Assembly: GCA_028826165.1 (NCBI GenBank)
Contig: JAPDFW010000059.1
Span: 1,550,001 to 1,614,000, forward strand
Source of the DNA: Anaeramoeba ignava BMAN
Lineage: Eukaryota; Protista; Anaeramoebae
Direction of reading: 5' to 3'
Length of the DNA: 64,000 nucleotides
Shown: one piece after another, positions 38,701 through 49,630 of the stretch
How the letters are laid out: each line of letters begins with the position of its first letter
Position numbering within the stretch: the stretch's first letter is position 1
The notes under the pieces: model-generated
Database searches by the model: none
What the model was told of the DNA's origin: nothing
What the model saw: only the letters and a program-made list of their open reading frames with translations
Made by a program: the position numbers and the translations under genes

Positions 38701-38823
38701 TTAAATTTAATATTAAATCGATTAAAAAAGAAAAAAAATATTATAACATCTCCTTATATTGATCGAAAAGAAAATCAAGAAGAAAATCAAGAAAGTTTTG
38801 TTCCTTTTGATTTTTTTGATTAA
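35743..38823 (+). CDS. Ankyrin-repeat protein with two C-terminal BTB/POZ domains (intronless)
   Basis: About 20 repeats of TALHxAC..VIKFLIEKGxDIN; BTB motifs SDFVIEC..AHKLILLAR and KDFTI..VHKLILIIRSELFRGMF. Confidence 0.9.
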   Translation: MDIWEAIEQNNIEFLNKIESIPENYQKKEGKPILNFAIKKQVPFEIIKVLIEKGANVNLIDSLKRNSLHVAVINKTGIDIINALIKANISINAKDIKNQTALHLACQSSSLEVIKFLIENGADINQKAHENTTALHFACQSNSLDVIKFLIEKGFNIKEKTYGNKTALHFACQSNSLDVIKFLIEKGFDLNQKTYRNESALHFASQSNSLEVIKFLIEKGFNINEQTYGNETLLHLACQSNSLEVIKFLIEKGFDINEEIYGNKSVLHFACQNNSLDVIQFLIEKGLDMNEKTEISETVLHFACQSNSLDVIKFLVEKGADVNAKTYDDKLPFHYAITNPSSFEIIDFFISQGVDINEPSFGNENILHLAFKENPSFELIKFLIEKGASLDQKANFSGEKPLHYTVKNPSIIEMIELLIEKGANINDKNEKNETLLHLVLQKELEFEFIKFLIEKGVDINANSIYNETALSIAFSRRYPKEVIEYLISKGADINVKTERNDAALHIAFQNNYSIEMIKYLIEKGADVNAKTKRNETPLHLAFEYNYSIEIIDFLLSKGADVNVITDDNETILHLICQNNYPIKYVELLINKGADINVQLNYSKKTPLHLAFHNDYSIDIINLLISKGADVNAKTATNETPLHLACQKNLFEIIKLLIDKGSDINAKTNQNETALHLAFKYQNSIEIIEYFINKGLDINEENIHGQSCLSLAIQNKNKKGIKCLLMNDANLYSLKVKTISNDFIHLFSKIYSINEDMSSFLISKNFSDFVIECKNSLKISAHKLILLARFNNDESILQKFVDICYQKFKADVETAINFLYTGFLDFEQLKQQFKNQPKTKEKQNEQITLWNEKKEEMEKIFKEIGFDSNWVNSKKGRNGLLNDLKLLYKQEETKDFTIICEEDEKEKEIKVHKLILIIRSELFRGMFLNVNDSSNQVHDYSGKSFETLNQLIYFFYHDEFDESKLNQEVIEELEDVKNYFQTNQNSKLNLILNRLKKKKNIITSPYIDRKENQEENQESFVPFDFFD

Positions 38824-38907
38824 GAAATTCAATTTTCAATTTAGATTTATTTTTCAAAGCAAAAAAAAATAAAACTTTTTTCTTTTTTTCTTTCATTCAT
38901 TAATTAA

Positions 38908-40434
38908 TTAATTTTCTTTAATAGTTTGTAAAAGTAAATACACTTCCAATTCTTCAATTTCAAATTTATCAACTAATCCTGTAAATTTTTCATCTCCATC
39001 ATTGTTTTGTTTCTTTTTCCCAAATTTTAATTCTGGTGGTAAATTATAAGTATATCCAAGATTTGTTGATCCTCTTATTAAAGTTTCATCAACAGAAAGA
39101 TCTCCAAGAAATCCAAAAAAAGGTCCTCTATTCAAATCATAAACAACAGCATATCGAATCCAATTCTTTCTTATTGAAAATTTACAATAATTTTCTTTAT
39201 TGGAATTTCTAAGTGTGAATAGAAATGCTTTTTCATCTGCAATATACGCATATGATTCAGAATCTGTTGACCAATTTCTTTTATCACTTGAAAATCCAAT
39301 TGAAGTAAATCCTCCAATTATTGAATTTTCTGTTGTTTTGATTAATACTAAACTTTTCCCATGATCATCACATTTTTCATGGAAACTTTTAGTTGTAAAT
39401 CCATCGTTTCTTGCTGAAAATGCAAGTTCCATTGAATTGAAAAAATTATCATCATTGATCCATTCTTTTAAATATTGAATATATTTATTGTTGTTGATGC
39501 TATTGTTATTTCCAACAATATGACTTTTTCTGAAAATGTTTCTTTTCTCTAAAATTAGTAATTTTTTTCTTTTGGTTTTTTCTTTCAAATGATAAATATT
39601 CATTTTATGTTGAATTGGAAGATGAGCAAATTGATGAAATTCTGTGATGTAATTTGAAATATCTTCTGGAATCAAGTTCAATTCTTTGATTTTATCAAAT
39701 TCTTTCTTTGGAATATCACAAAAACGAATTTTTGAATATAAATTTTTGATTTTTTCTTTTATTTGAAGTGATTGTTTTTCTGAAGTATGTTCTAATCCAA
39801 TTTCAAATCCACAATGAAATTGCGCCCATTTAATAATTGAATGAAGAAGTTCAATTTCTTTTCGAATACTCAAGTTATCATTCTCAAGAAGAATTTGTAA
39901 ATCAGTTTCTGAAATATTATAGAAATCATTTGACATCATAATTTCTTGAAAATTACTTGTTAAAAAATATATACAATATTTATAAATATTCTCAAAATCA
40001 TATTGGTTGGAAATGTGTAAAATATCAACAGCATTATCAATATTAATTAGTTTGATAATATATTCTGATATGAACTTGATTAACTCTTCTTCAAAGCATA
40101 ATTTCTTTGAATTGATTAATGTTTCCAATGCATTTTCTTCATTGATTTCAATTTTACCAGTGTAAATATATTCTAAAATATTTTTCATTGTTTGTGAAGA
40201 AATATCATTAAAAATAACTTTCCCTTCTTGATATTCTTTCATTTTACTTCTAAGTAACGCATTAAAATATTCACTTCTAAAAGAAAGAATTCCTCTGTGA
40301 CAATAAAATATTGTTGATGGTAAATCATTTCTATTTTTAATTTCAATTTGAAAATCATTAAAATTTTTTGGATCTAAAAATAAACGTTTTAAATCATGAA
40401 CAAGTTTGTCTTGGTTATTAAAAACATTTTCCAT
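38908..40434 (-). CDS. BTB-BACK-TLDc domain protein
   Basis: BTB (CHRGILSFRSEYFNALL..ILEYIYTG), BACK (EIELLHSIIKW, IRF) and TLDc (FSARNDGF..FHEKCD..IIGGFT..AFLFTL..GPFFG..IEELEVY). Confidence 0.9.
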   Translation of the reverse strand: MENVFNNQDKLVHDLKRLFLDPKNFNDFQIEIKNRNDLPSTIFYCHRGILSFRSEYFNALLRSKMKEYQEGKVIFNDISSQTMKNILEYIYTGKIEINEENALETLINSKKLCFEEELIKFISEYIIKLINIDNAVDILHISNQYDFENIYKYCIYFLTSNFQEIMMSNDFYNISETDLQILLENDNLSIRKEIELLHSIIKWAQFHCGFEIGLEHTSEKQSLQIKEKIKNLYSKIRFCDIPKKEFDKIKELNLIPEDISNYITEFHQFAHLPIQHKMNIYHLKEKTKRKKLLILEKRNIFRKSHIVGNNNSINNNKYIQYLKEWINDDNFFNSMELAFSARNDGFTTKSFHEKCDDHGKSLVLIKTTENSIIGGFTSIGFSSDKRNWSTDSESYAYIADEKAFLFTLRNSNKENYCKFSIRKNWIRYAVVYDLNRGPFFGFLGDLSVDETLIRGSTNLGYTYNLPPELKFGKKKQNNDGDEKFTGLVDKFEIEELEVYLLLQTIKEN

Positions 40435-40575
40435 TTTTTTTTCTAACTAAAAATAATTGGAAAAAATTGAAGAAAAAAATTGATTAAAAAATGAGAAAAA
40501 TGAAAAATTTATTTTTTTTTTTTCATTTTTTTCTTTAATTTTCTTAATTTTCTCTTTTTTTTAATAATAATAAAA

Positions 40576-42021
40576 ATGAATAAAAAAAAAGAAATTGCAC
40601 AAATTTTAATTCAAAATACAAATTTTTCAATAAATGATAAAGAAAATTTATTTGAAAATCTTGGTAAAATTGCAAATATTCTTCAAGATGAAGTTTATCT
40701 TGAATTAATAAGAAATGAAGGAGGAATTGAACTTCTTTTAAAAATAATTCAAAAACATTATGAAGAAATTGATATAATTCAAAGAGCTGTTGTTAATCTT
40801 GTTAATATGTCATCAGATGAAGAAAATGGGAAAATAATTCTTAAATATCAAGGAATGGAAATATGTTCATCACTTATGAATAAATGGAAATTAAATAAAA
40901 GATTGCAAATGAGCTGTGCAAAATGGTTATTAAATTTAAGTTATGTTGTTGAAGATGTTTCTCTGATTCAAAATTTAAATTCTATTATTTATACTTTGTT
41001 CTTTATTCTTGAATATCATAAAGATTCATCAGAAATTGTTATTCAAATTTTCCAAACATTAAGTTCTTTTGCTTATAATATTGAAGAATCATTGGGAATT
41101 ATAGCTAATGATGCAGCATTCCAATTTATTCCAAAAATAATAATTTCATACACAAATACAAATGAATTTATTGATGTTGTTAGTAACGGATTAACAACTT
41201 TATCCAATTTTTCTCTTTCCCAAATAAATGCAATTTTAATGGGATTTTCTCATGTTGTTGAACTTATTCCCTTGATTATGAATAAATTTTCCAATCAACC
41301 TCAAATTATTGAAAAATTATTTGATTTAATTACAAATCTTGCAGTAAATCAATACAATATAAAAACACTTGGTTCACAAAAATATTCAACAATAGAATTC
41401 ATCATGACTAAATTAAATGATTATTACAATATCCCCAGTCTTGTTTTAAGTTCATTAAGATGTTTATTCAATCTTTGTGAAGCAAAAGAAAACAAAGCAA
41501 TTATAACTTCTTCAAATTATTTTTATGATTTAATGGTTTTTTTAAAAGAAACAATTCCATATGAAAAAATACAAAATATTCTTTTAAAATTATTTATTCA
41601 TTTAACATATGAAATTGAAGATCAAATCAAATTCGTGAATAAAAACGGATTAGAATATGTATGTTCTTCAATGGAAACACATCAAGAATCACAAGAAATT
41701 ATAGTTTCAAGTTTAAGATTGATTTCGAATATTGGATATTGCGAAGAAGGAAGAGAGAAAATGGCAGATTCAGGAGCTTTATATTCTGTAATTTCTGTTA
41801 TTAAAAGAGAAATTCAAACACCTCAAATTGTTTCATTAGCTTTAGGAGCTTTGATGAATATTTCTAATCATGAAAATAACAGAAAAGTTCTTTTACATTT
41901 AGGAGCTGAAGATCTTTTATCAACAATTCTTAAAGGATATTATTTAGATCAAGAAATTAGTGAAAAAACAAGAAGTACATTAATTAATCTTAATATTGGT
42001 GAAAGATTTTTTAATTTCTAA
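40576..42021 (+). CDS. Armadillo-repeat protein
   Basis: Repeated ARM helices (EGGIELLL, LxNL motifs, SGALYSVI, ALGALMNIS). Confidence 0.8.
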   Translation: MNKKKEIAQILIQNTNFSINDKENLFENLGKIANILQDEVYLELIRNEGGIELLLKIIQKHYEEIDIIQRAVVNLVNMSSDEENGKIILKYQGMEICSSLMNKWKLNKRLQMSCAKWLLNLSYVVEDVSLIQNLNSIIYTLFFILEYHKDSSEIVIQIFQTLSSFAYNIEESLGIIANDAAFQFIPKIIISYTNTNEFIDVVSNGLTTLSNFSLSQINAILMGFSHVVELIPLIMNKFSNQPQIIEKLFDLITNLAVNQYNIKTLGSQKYSTIEFIMTKLNDYYNIPSLVLSSLRCLFNLCEAKENKAIITSSNYFYDLMVFLKETIPYEKIQNILLKLFIHLTYEIEDQIKFVNKNGLEYVCSSMETHQESQEIIVSSLRLISNIGYCEEGREKMADSGALYSVISVIKREIQTPQIVSLALGALMNISNHENNRKVLLHLGAEDLLSTILKGYYLDQEISEKTRSTLINLNIGERFFNF

Positions 42022-42039
42022 AATAAAAAGGAAAAAAAA

Positions 42040-42095
42040 ATTTTTTTCATTTTTTCATTTTTTCATTTTTTCATTTTTTCATTTTTCATTTTTTT
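42040..42095 (+). promoter_or_regulatory. Tandem TCATTTTT Inr-like elements upstream of the WDR81 ATG (example of a recurring motif)
   Basis: Several TTTTTCA units 20-70 nt before the ATG; the same sense-strand motif precedes most genes in the window. Confidence 0.45.
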
Positions 42096-42113
42096 ATTAT
42101 TATTAATATTAAT

Positions 42114-45100
42114 ATGGGTCAAATTTTTACTAAACAAGAAATTGAAAAACTTCTTAAAAATGATTTTAATGAATTAATTAGATTTCAACATACTTTTTTT
42201 TCAGATCAAACAAAAGGAAATATTGCAATATGTTATGTTACATCAGAAAATTTCCAAAAAATAACTAAAAAAGAACTTCCAAATTATTTTAAAAAAGAAA
42301 AAGGAGAATCTGATATTAATTTATATAAAGTTATTGTTGAAATCATTTCAAAAGATAAATCAAAAATTATTCAAGAATTAAAAAATTTAAAATCAAAAAC
42401 AAAAACAAAATCAAAAACAAAATCAAAATTTAAATCAAAATTAAAATTCAAATCAAAATCAACTTCAAATTTGAAATCAATTTATAAAAAGCAAAAAATG
42501 TTTAATTTATCAAATTATTTATCATATATTACAGATTTTAGTTCTAAATCTTTACGATTAAAAAATATTGAAAATGAAAATGAAAATCAAAATTATGAAA
42601 TTGATAAAATTGAAGAAAAAGAAAAAGAAGATAAATTTGAATTAATTAATCAATTAATAACAAATGATAATTTTGAAATTACTTACGATTTAGTTTCAAA
42701 ACTTCATAATCAATTCAATGAAAATCAAGGAATTTTAACAAGTAATTTCTTTGCAGAAACAAAAAGAGCAATTTATATTTTTTATCCCAGTTTCAAATAT
42801 ACTCTTCAAGATATTCTTCAATATAGTCCAAGATTATTAGGAACTTTAACTCAAAAATTATTTGTTATTTATCAAATTATAAGATCCACAACTGATTTAC
42901 ATAAAAAAGGATTATATCATGGAGATATTAAACCTTCAAAATTATTACTTACATCACAAAAAGATATATGGCTCAAATTAACAGGATTTACACCAGCAAC
43001 AATAGATGAATATTATATTCATCAACAAAAATCAATATTTGAGAAATGGTATCAAAGAGAAATTACAAATTTCGAATATATTCTTTATCTTAATTCTTTA
43101 GCTGGAAAATGTACAGGAGATCCAAACAATCATCCTATTTTCCCATGGATTATTGATTTTACAAGAGATCCAAAACCTTTTCTTGATTCAAATGAAAATG
43201 AAAATGGAAATAAAAGTTTCATTTCTTCTTTTCGAGATTTATCAGTTTCTAAATTTAGATTAATCAAAAAAGATGAAATGCTTGATCAAATATTCAAAAC
43301 TTATAAATATCACATTTCAGAAGGATTATCTGAAGTTTCCTATTTTGTTTATCTTGCTAGAATCACACCATTACCAATTTTAAGGAAATTTGTTAGATCA
43401 AATTACAATCCAAAAGAATATCCAATTTCTATTGAAAGACTTTATAGTTGGACATCTGATGAAGCTATTCCTGAATTTTTTAACAATCCAGAAATATTTA
43501 AATCAATACATCCAGATATGCCTGATCTTGCAATTCCATCTTGGGCAAATTCATATGAAGATTTTTGTAATATTCATATGAAATTGCTAGAAAGTGAATA
43601 TGTTTCTCAAAATCTTCATGATTGGATTGATATTGTATTTGGATATAAATTAAGTGGAAAAGCTGGATTAGAAGCCAAAAATATTACACAAACTAATTTC
43701 TCAACACCTCATTCACATGGATTTATTCAATTATTTTCTAATCCTCATCCATCAAGATCCATTTTCATTAACAAAATTGAAAATGAAAATGAAAATCAAA
43801 ATAATGAAAATAATGAAAATCAAATTACTTATAGAATTGAAGATGATGAAACAGAATTTATAAACAAAAATTTAAGTGATTATAAAATTTATAACAGTTT
43901 ATCTCAAAATTATTGGATGAAAAATTATAAAATTACATATTTCTCAAATCCATTAGCATTTAAAGATTTAAGCAGGAATTATATTGATTTATACAAAATT
44001 GAATTTCATTCTCTTTTTATTCCAAGTTTTTCAGATTGTGTAGTTACTTATCAAGATTTTTACAAAACTCAAAACTTATTTAAAGATCCAAATCAAAAAC
44101 AAATTGAAAATAAATTTAAAAGTGTTCAAGAACTTATATCAAGAGATTTATTTTCAATAGGATGTATTTTTGTAGAAATTTTTACTAATGAACCTTTTTA
44201 TACATATGATAGAGCTGAATATTCATCTCAAATCAAAAAAATACCAGATAGTATATTATCCAAATTACCTGAAGAAATTAGAGTTACAATATCAAATATG
44301 ATCAATCCTAATAATTTAAGAAGATTGAAATCAAAACAAATTTTAAATCTAAATTTATTTCCAACTTATTTTTCAGAACTTTATGATATTCTCTCTAAAT
44401 TTCATTCACTTGAAACAATCGAAGAACAATTTCATTTTATAATGAATAATTTAGAACAAATTCTAACACTTCCCAAAGAAGGGTTTAAAATATTACTTCC
44501 ATTTTTAACAGAATTTTTCAATATAACACAAACAAAATTATCAACACTTCCAATATTTGTTAAATTACCAGATAAACTTGGTAGAAAGAAATCATTAAAA
44601 TTACTTGGAGCGCCAATTAAATCATTATTACAATATAAAGATGAAAAAGAGCTTGCAAATCAACTTCTCCAAATAAATTTTATAGAATCTTTAAGTTTAA
44701 AATTTGGAGTTCATTATTTTTTACAAGAATTATTACCTTTTATATTTGATATTCTTCGATCAAATGATCTTGAAATTTCAAGATTTGCTAAAAGAAGTTT
44801 AATTGCTTTTATTGATAAATTTGATGATTCAATTTTCTTGAAATTTTTTGTTGAACCATTAATCAAATTATTAGATAAATCAAATGGAAAAATAATTACA
44901 GATGCTTTAATTTCGATTATTTCAAAAAGAAATCACAGAAAAGCAATTTCACAAGTTGTTTTACAATTATTACTTAAGTTTTTAGAAGAAAAGAAATCAA
45001 TTCTTTGTTTATCAAAAGGAGAAAATCTTGTTATAAATTTCCTTAATGTTTCAAGAAGTTTAATAATTGATGTAAATCAAAAATTTCTAATTTCCAAATT

Positions 45101-46865
45101 AAATGCAGGAGCTTTTGATCCATTATTTTCGATATTTGATAAACCAATACTTTTCCAAGATAAACTTGTTATCAAATTATTCATTACAGAACTTCTTGCA
45201 ATTTCAATGAAAATTCAACAAAAAGAAACTGTTCATTTTATATTCCCTGTTATTGATAAATTTCTTAAAAATTTTACAGATATTTGGACTATTCCTATTG
45301 AAAAATTAAATCAAGAATCAAATCAACATAAAACATTAGAAAATATTGATCCATTCCAAAATTTACAAGAATTTAGTATTGAAGAATATTATGAAGCTTA
45401 TCGAGAATTATATACACATGAAAATGCATTTTTAATAAGAGAATCAATTGATCTTTTCATTAATAATGATGTTGTGGATAAATTGGATACTATTTTACTT
45501 CTTGATAAAGTACTTCAAACAAATGATTTTTTCAAAGATTTTATTGCAGATAACCCAATACAAATTGATCTTCAAAAAAGATTTGGGAATAAGAAAATTG
45601 AAAAATTATTAACAAATCAATCAAATGAATCAAATCAAGAAATTGAAATTGAAAAAGAAATTGAAAAAGAAACTAAACAACCAAAAAAGAAAGGAGGAAT
45701 ATATTCTTTATTTCAGAAAAAACACAAAAACGAAATATCAAATCAACAACAAACAACAAAACCAATCAAACAACAAAACACAGAAGAACCAAAAACATCA
45801 TTTTATGATCCAGATTTACATTGGATTCCCAAATTAATAATTGATGGAGAATATTATCAAAATACAAATGAATGGGATTTAAAAGGTAAAATAGCACATT
45901 CACATAAAGGACACAATTCATCAATAAGAAGTTTAGATGTTGATAGTAATGAATTTAGATTTGCAACAGCAAGCAGAGATGGAACTGTGAAGATATGGGA
46001 TATTGATAAAGAAGAACAAATTTGTTCATATTTTGGTCATAAACAATCAGTTTCACAAGTTTCTTTTCTAAATGAAAATAATTGGATAGGATCATGTGAT
46101 ACAACAATTCATATTTGGGATGTTCAAACACAAAAAAGATTAATGCATTATGGATTGCATAATATCAATCATAATCTTCATCTCTTAGCATTTGTTCATC
46201 TCCCACAAATTGGAGCATTAGTTGCAGAAACAAATGATTCAAAAGTTAAATTGATTGATCTTCGAACAAATAAATTTGGATGTGAATGGAATGTGCAAAG
46301 TCAATGTTCAGGATTTAATAGATCAATATGTGTCGATGAATCATCGAAAATGATTGCAGTAGGATTACATAATGGAGATATTAATATTATTGATTCAAGA
46401 ATGGGAACAGTATATGATTCTTGGAAAGCTCATGATTCTTCAATAACACAAGTTTTTTTCTATGAAAATGATAAAAAGAGGTTATTATCATTATCAAGTG
46501 ACAAAAAGATATTATTATGGAATTTATATTCATCACTTAAAGAAGATGATAATGGATTATTTCCAAATCAAAATCAAAATCAAACTCAAAATCAAACTCA
46601 AAATCAAACAGAACTTTTTAAAGGATATAATTTTTATCAGAAAGTTACATGTTTTGAAACTTATCAAGATGTTTTATTATGTTTAATTGGAACTAAAATT
46701 GGAATTTCTTCTTTGAATACAAAAAAACTTAAAAATATAGAAGAACCAACAATCTCAGTTAAGAAAATGCAAAATGTTAAAGCTCTTTCCTCATTTAGTA
46801 TTCTTGAAATGCATAGGTTATTATTATTAGGTGATGAAGAAGGAAATATTCATTTTTGTGCTTGA
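42114..46865 (+). CDS. WDR81: WDR81-like protein (pseudokinase/BEACH/WD40)
   Basis: HGDIKPS kinase-like segment; BEACH (TNFEYILYLNSLAG, HPIFPWIIDF, FRDLS, IPEFF, LHDWIDIVFGYK); helical region; C-terminal WD40 (GHNSSIRSL..TASRDGTVKIWD). Confidence 0.88.
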   Translation: MGQIFTKQEIEKLLKNDFNELIRFQHTFFSDQTKGNIAICYVTSENFQKITKKELPNYFKKEKGESDINLYKVIVEIISKDKSKIIQELKNLKSKTKTKSKTKSKFKSKLKFKSKSTSNLKSIYKKQKMFNLSNYLSYITDFSSKSLRLKNIENENENQNYEIDKIEEKEKEDKFELINQLITNDNFEITYDLVSKLHNQFNENQGILTSNFFAETKRAIYIFYPSFKYTLQDILQYSPRLLGTLTQKLFVIYQIIRSTTDLHKKGLYHGDIKPSKLLLTSQKDIWLKLTGFTPATIDEYYIHQQKSIFEKWYQREITNFEYILYLNSLAGKCTGDPNNHPIFPWIIDFTRDPKPFLDSNENENGNKSFISSFRDLSVSKFRLIKKDEMLDQIFKTYKYHISEGLSEVSYFVYLARITPLPILRKFVRSNYNPKEYPISIERLYSWTSDEAIPEFFNNPEIFKSIHPDMPDLAIPSWANSYEDFCNIHMKLLESEYVSQNLHDWIDIVFGYKLSGKAGLEAKNITQTNFSTPHSHGFIQLFSNPHPSRSIFINKIENENENQNNENNENQITYRIEDDETEFINKNLSDYKIYNSLSQNYWMKNYKITYFSNPLAFKDLSRNYIDLYKIEFHSLFIPSFSDCVVTYQDFYKTQNLFKDPNQKQIENKFKSVQELISRDLFSIGCIFVEIFTNEPFYTYDRAEYSSQIKKIPDSILSKLPEEIRVTISNMINPNNLRRLKSKQILNLNLFPTYFSELYDILSKFHSLETIEEQFHFIMNNLEQILTLPKEGFKILLPFLTEFFNITQTKLSTLPIFVKLPDKLGRKKSLKLLGAPIKSLLQYKDEKELANQLLQINFIESLSLKFGVHYFLQELLPFIFDILRSNDLEISRFAKRSLIAFIDKFDDSIFLKFFVEPLIKLLDKSNGKIITDALISIISKRNHRKAISQVVLQLLLKFLEEKKSILCLSKGENLVINFLNVSRSLIIDVNQKFLISKLNAGAFDPLFSIFDKPILFQDKLVIKLFITELLAISMKIQQKETVHFIFPVIDKFLKNFTDIWTIPIEKLNQESNQHKTLENIDPFQNLQEFSIEEYYEAYRELYTHENAFLIRESIDLFINNDVVDKLDTILLLDKVLQTNDFFKDFIADNPIQIDLQKRFGNKKIEKLLTNQSNESNQEIEIEKEIEKETKQPKKKGGIYSLFQKKHKNEISNQQQTTKPIKQQNTEEPKTSFYDPDLHWIPKLIIDGEYYQNTNEWDLKGKIAHSHKGHNSSIRSLDVDSNEFRFATASRDGTVKIWDIDKEEQICSYFGHKQSVSQVSFLNENNWIGSCDTTIHIWDVQTQKRLMHYGLHNINHNLHLLAFVHLPQIGALVAETNDSKVKLIDLRTNKFGCEWNVQSQCSGFNRSICVDESSKMIAVGLHNGDINIIDSRMGTVYDSWKAHDSSITQVFFYENDKKRLLSLSSDKKILLWNLYSSLKEDDNGLFPNQNQNQTQNQTQNQTELFKGYNFYQKVTCFETYQDVLLCLIGTKIGISSLNTKKLKNIEEPTISVKKMQNVKALSSFSILEMHRLLLLGDEEGNIHFCA

Positions 46866-46938
46866 AACAACAACAATAAAAACAATAAATAAAACCAAGA
46901 AATTTTTTCAATTAAATTATTTTGGAATTTAATTCTGT

Positions 46939-48463
46939 TTATTTTTTATCTTTATCTTTATCTTTATCAATTAAATTATTTTGAACTGAATCTTTTAAAA
47001 TTTGAATTGTTTCAGCAGGATCATCAGATTTAAAAATTGAAGTTCCAGCAACAATAACATTTGCACCAGCTTTTGAAGCAAAATCTATTGTTTTTGGAGA
47101 TAATCCACCATCAACTTGAATATCTAAATTAGGTAATTTTTCTCTTAAAATTTCAACTTTTTTCATCATATCTTTCATAAAAGATTGTCCACCAAATCCT
47201 TTTTATAAATATTTTAAATAAATATTTTATATTTTGAATAAATATTTTATATTTTATATTTTATATTTTATATTTAATATTTTATATTTTATATTTTATA
47301 TTTTGGATAAATATTTTATATTTTGGATAAATATTTTATATTTTGGATAAATATTTTATATTTAATATTTTGAATAAATATTTTATATTTTATATTTTAT
47401 ATTTTATATTTTGAATAAATATTTTATATTTTATATTTAATATTTTAAATAAATATTTTATATTTTATATTTTATATTTTATATTTTATATTTTATATTT
47501 TATATTTTATATTTTATATTTTGAATAAATATTTTATATTTTATATTTTATATTTTTGAATAAATATTTTATATTTTATATATTTTAAATAAATATTTTA
47601 TATTTTATATTTTATATTTTATATTTTAAATAAATATTTTTATATTTTGGATAAATATTTTATATTTTATATTTTATATTTTATATTTTGAATAAATATT
47701 TTATATTTTATATTTTATATTTTATATTTTGAATAAATATTTTATATTTTGAATAAATATTTTATATTTTATATTTTATATTTTGAATAAATATTTTATA
47801 TTTTGAATAAGTATTTTATATTTTATATTTTGGATAAATATTTTAAATAAATATTTTATATTTTATATTTTATATTTTAAATAAATATTTTATATTTTAT
47901 ATTTTATATTTTATATAAATATTTTGAATAAATATTTCTACCAGGTTCAACTGTCATAATTAAAACCATATCTAATTTATCAAGAAAAGGAAAAATAATT
48001 GAAACATCTGTTTTAGGTTTTATTGCAATTGAAACTTTCATTCCATTTGATTTAATTTTTTCAATTAATTCTGATGGATTTTCTGTTGCTTCAATATGAA
48101 AAGTAAATATTGTAGCACCAGATTTAGCAAAATCTTCAACCCATTTTTCTGGATTTGATACCATTAAATGACAATCTAAAACATATTCCTTTTTTGTATT
48201 TTTTTGAAGATAATTATTTAAACAATTAACTACTGGTGCTCCAAATGTTAAATTATTAACAAAATGTCCATCCATAACATCCATATGAAGATAATCAGCT
48301 TTTTTTCAATTTTTTCAATTTTTTCAATTTTTTCAATTATTTATATTATATTATTTATTTTATTTATAAAAATACCTCCTGAATCAATCATTCTTATTGC
48401 TTCTTCTCCTAATTGTGAAAAATCACAACTAAGCATTGATGGTGCAATTTTTGGTTTTAACAT
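46939..48463 (-). CDS. RPE: Ribulose-phosphate 3-epimerase
   Basis: [32 protein letters not shown]|GFGGQ (intron 47199-47941), [15 protein letters not shown]. Confidence 0.96.
47200..47935. repeat. (TTTTATA)n / TTGAATAAATA repeat filling RPE intron 2
   Basis: Directly visible. Confidence 0.9.
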
Positions 48464-48540
48464 TTTTTTTTATTAAATTAAATTAAATTTTTTTAAAAAG
48501 AAAAAAATGATTTTTTAATTTTCAAAAAAAAAAATATTTT

Positions 48541-49552
48541 TTAAATTAAATTATTTATTAAATTATTTATTAATTTATTCCATTTTTTTTAAATTAAAAT
48601 ATTTATTAATTTATTTATTAATTTATTCCACTTTTTTTAAATTAAAATATTTATTAATTTATTTATTAATTTATTCCATTTTTTTTAAATTAAATTTATT
48701 TATTAATTTATTTATTAATTTATTCCACTTTTTTTAAATTAAATTATTTATTAAATTATTTATTAATTTATTCCATTTTTTTAAATTATTAATTTATTAA
48801 AATTTTATTAATTTATTTATTAATTTATTCCACTTTTTTTAAATTAAATTATTTATTAATTTATTTATTAATTTATTCCACTTTTTTTAAATTAAAATAT
48901 TTATTAATTTATTTATTAATTTATTCCATTTTTTTTAAATTAAAATTATTTATTAATTTATTTATTAATTTATTCCATTTTTTTTAAATTAATTTATTTA
49001 TTAATTTATTTATTAATTTATTCCACTTTTTTTAAATTAATTTATTTATTAATTTATTTATTAATTTATTCCACTTTTTTTAAATTAAAATATTTATTAA
49101 TTTATTTATTAATTTATTCCATTTTTTTTAAATTAAAATATTTATTAATTTATTTATTAATTTATTCCACTTTTTTTAAATTAATTTATTTATTAATTTA
49201 TTTATTAATTTATTCCACTTTTTTTAAATTAAATTATTTATTAAATTATTTATTAATTTATTCCACTTTTTTTTAAATTAAATTATTTATTAATTTATTT
49301 ATTAATTTATTCCATTTTTTTAAATTAAAATATTTATTAATTTATTTATTAATTTATTCCATTTTTTTTAAATTAATTTATTTATTAAAATATTTATTAA
49401 TTTATTCCACTTTTTTTTAAATTAAATTATTTATTAATTTATTTATTAATTTATTCCACTTTTTTTAAATTAAATTATTTAATAATTTATTCCACTTTTT
49501 TTAAATTAAAATATTTATTAAATTATTTATTAATTTATTCCACTTTTTTTTA
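48541..49552. repeat. About 48-bp minisatellite, roughly 21 copies, in the divergent intergenic region
   Basis: Unit approx. AAATTAAAWTATTTATTAATTTATTTATTAATTTATTCCAYTTTTTTT; the CC dinucleotide recurs at 48580, 48628, 48676 and 48725. Confidence 0.9.
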
Positions 49553-49630
49553 AGTTAATTTTTTTGAATTTTTTTTTCATTTTTTTTTCATTTTTTTTCT
49601 TCTTTTTTAATAAATTAAATATAATAAAAA

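Noticed and set aside
42780-44370. BEACH domain nested within kinase-like motifs as a novel fusion
   Set aside because: This matches the known WDR81 architecture.
48541-49552. Possible CRISPR-like array
   Set aside because: Units are contiguous with no unique spacers, there are no cas genes, and the context is eukaryotic.
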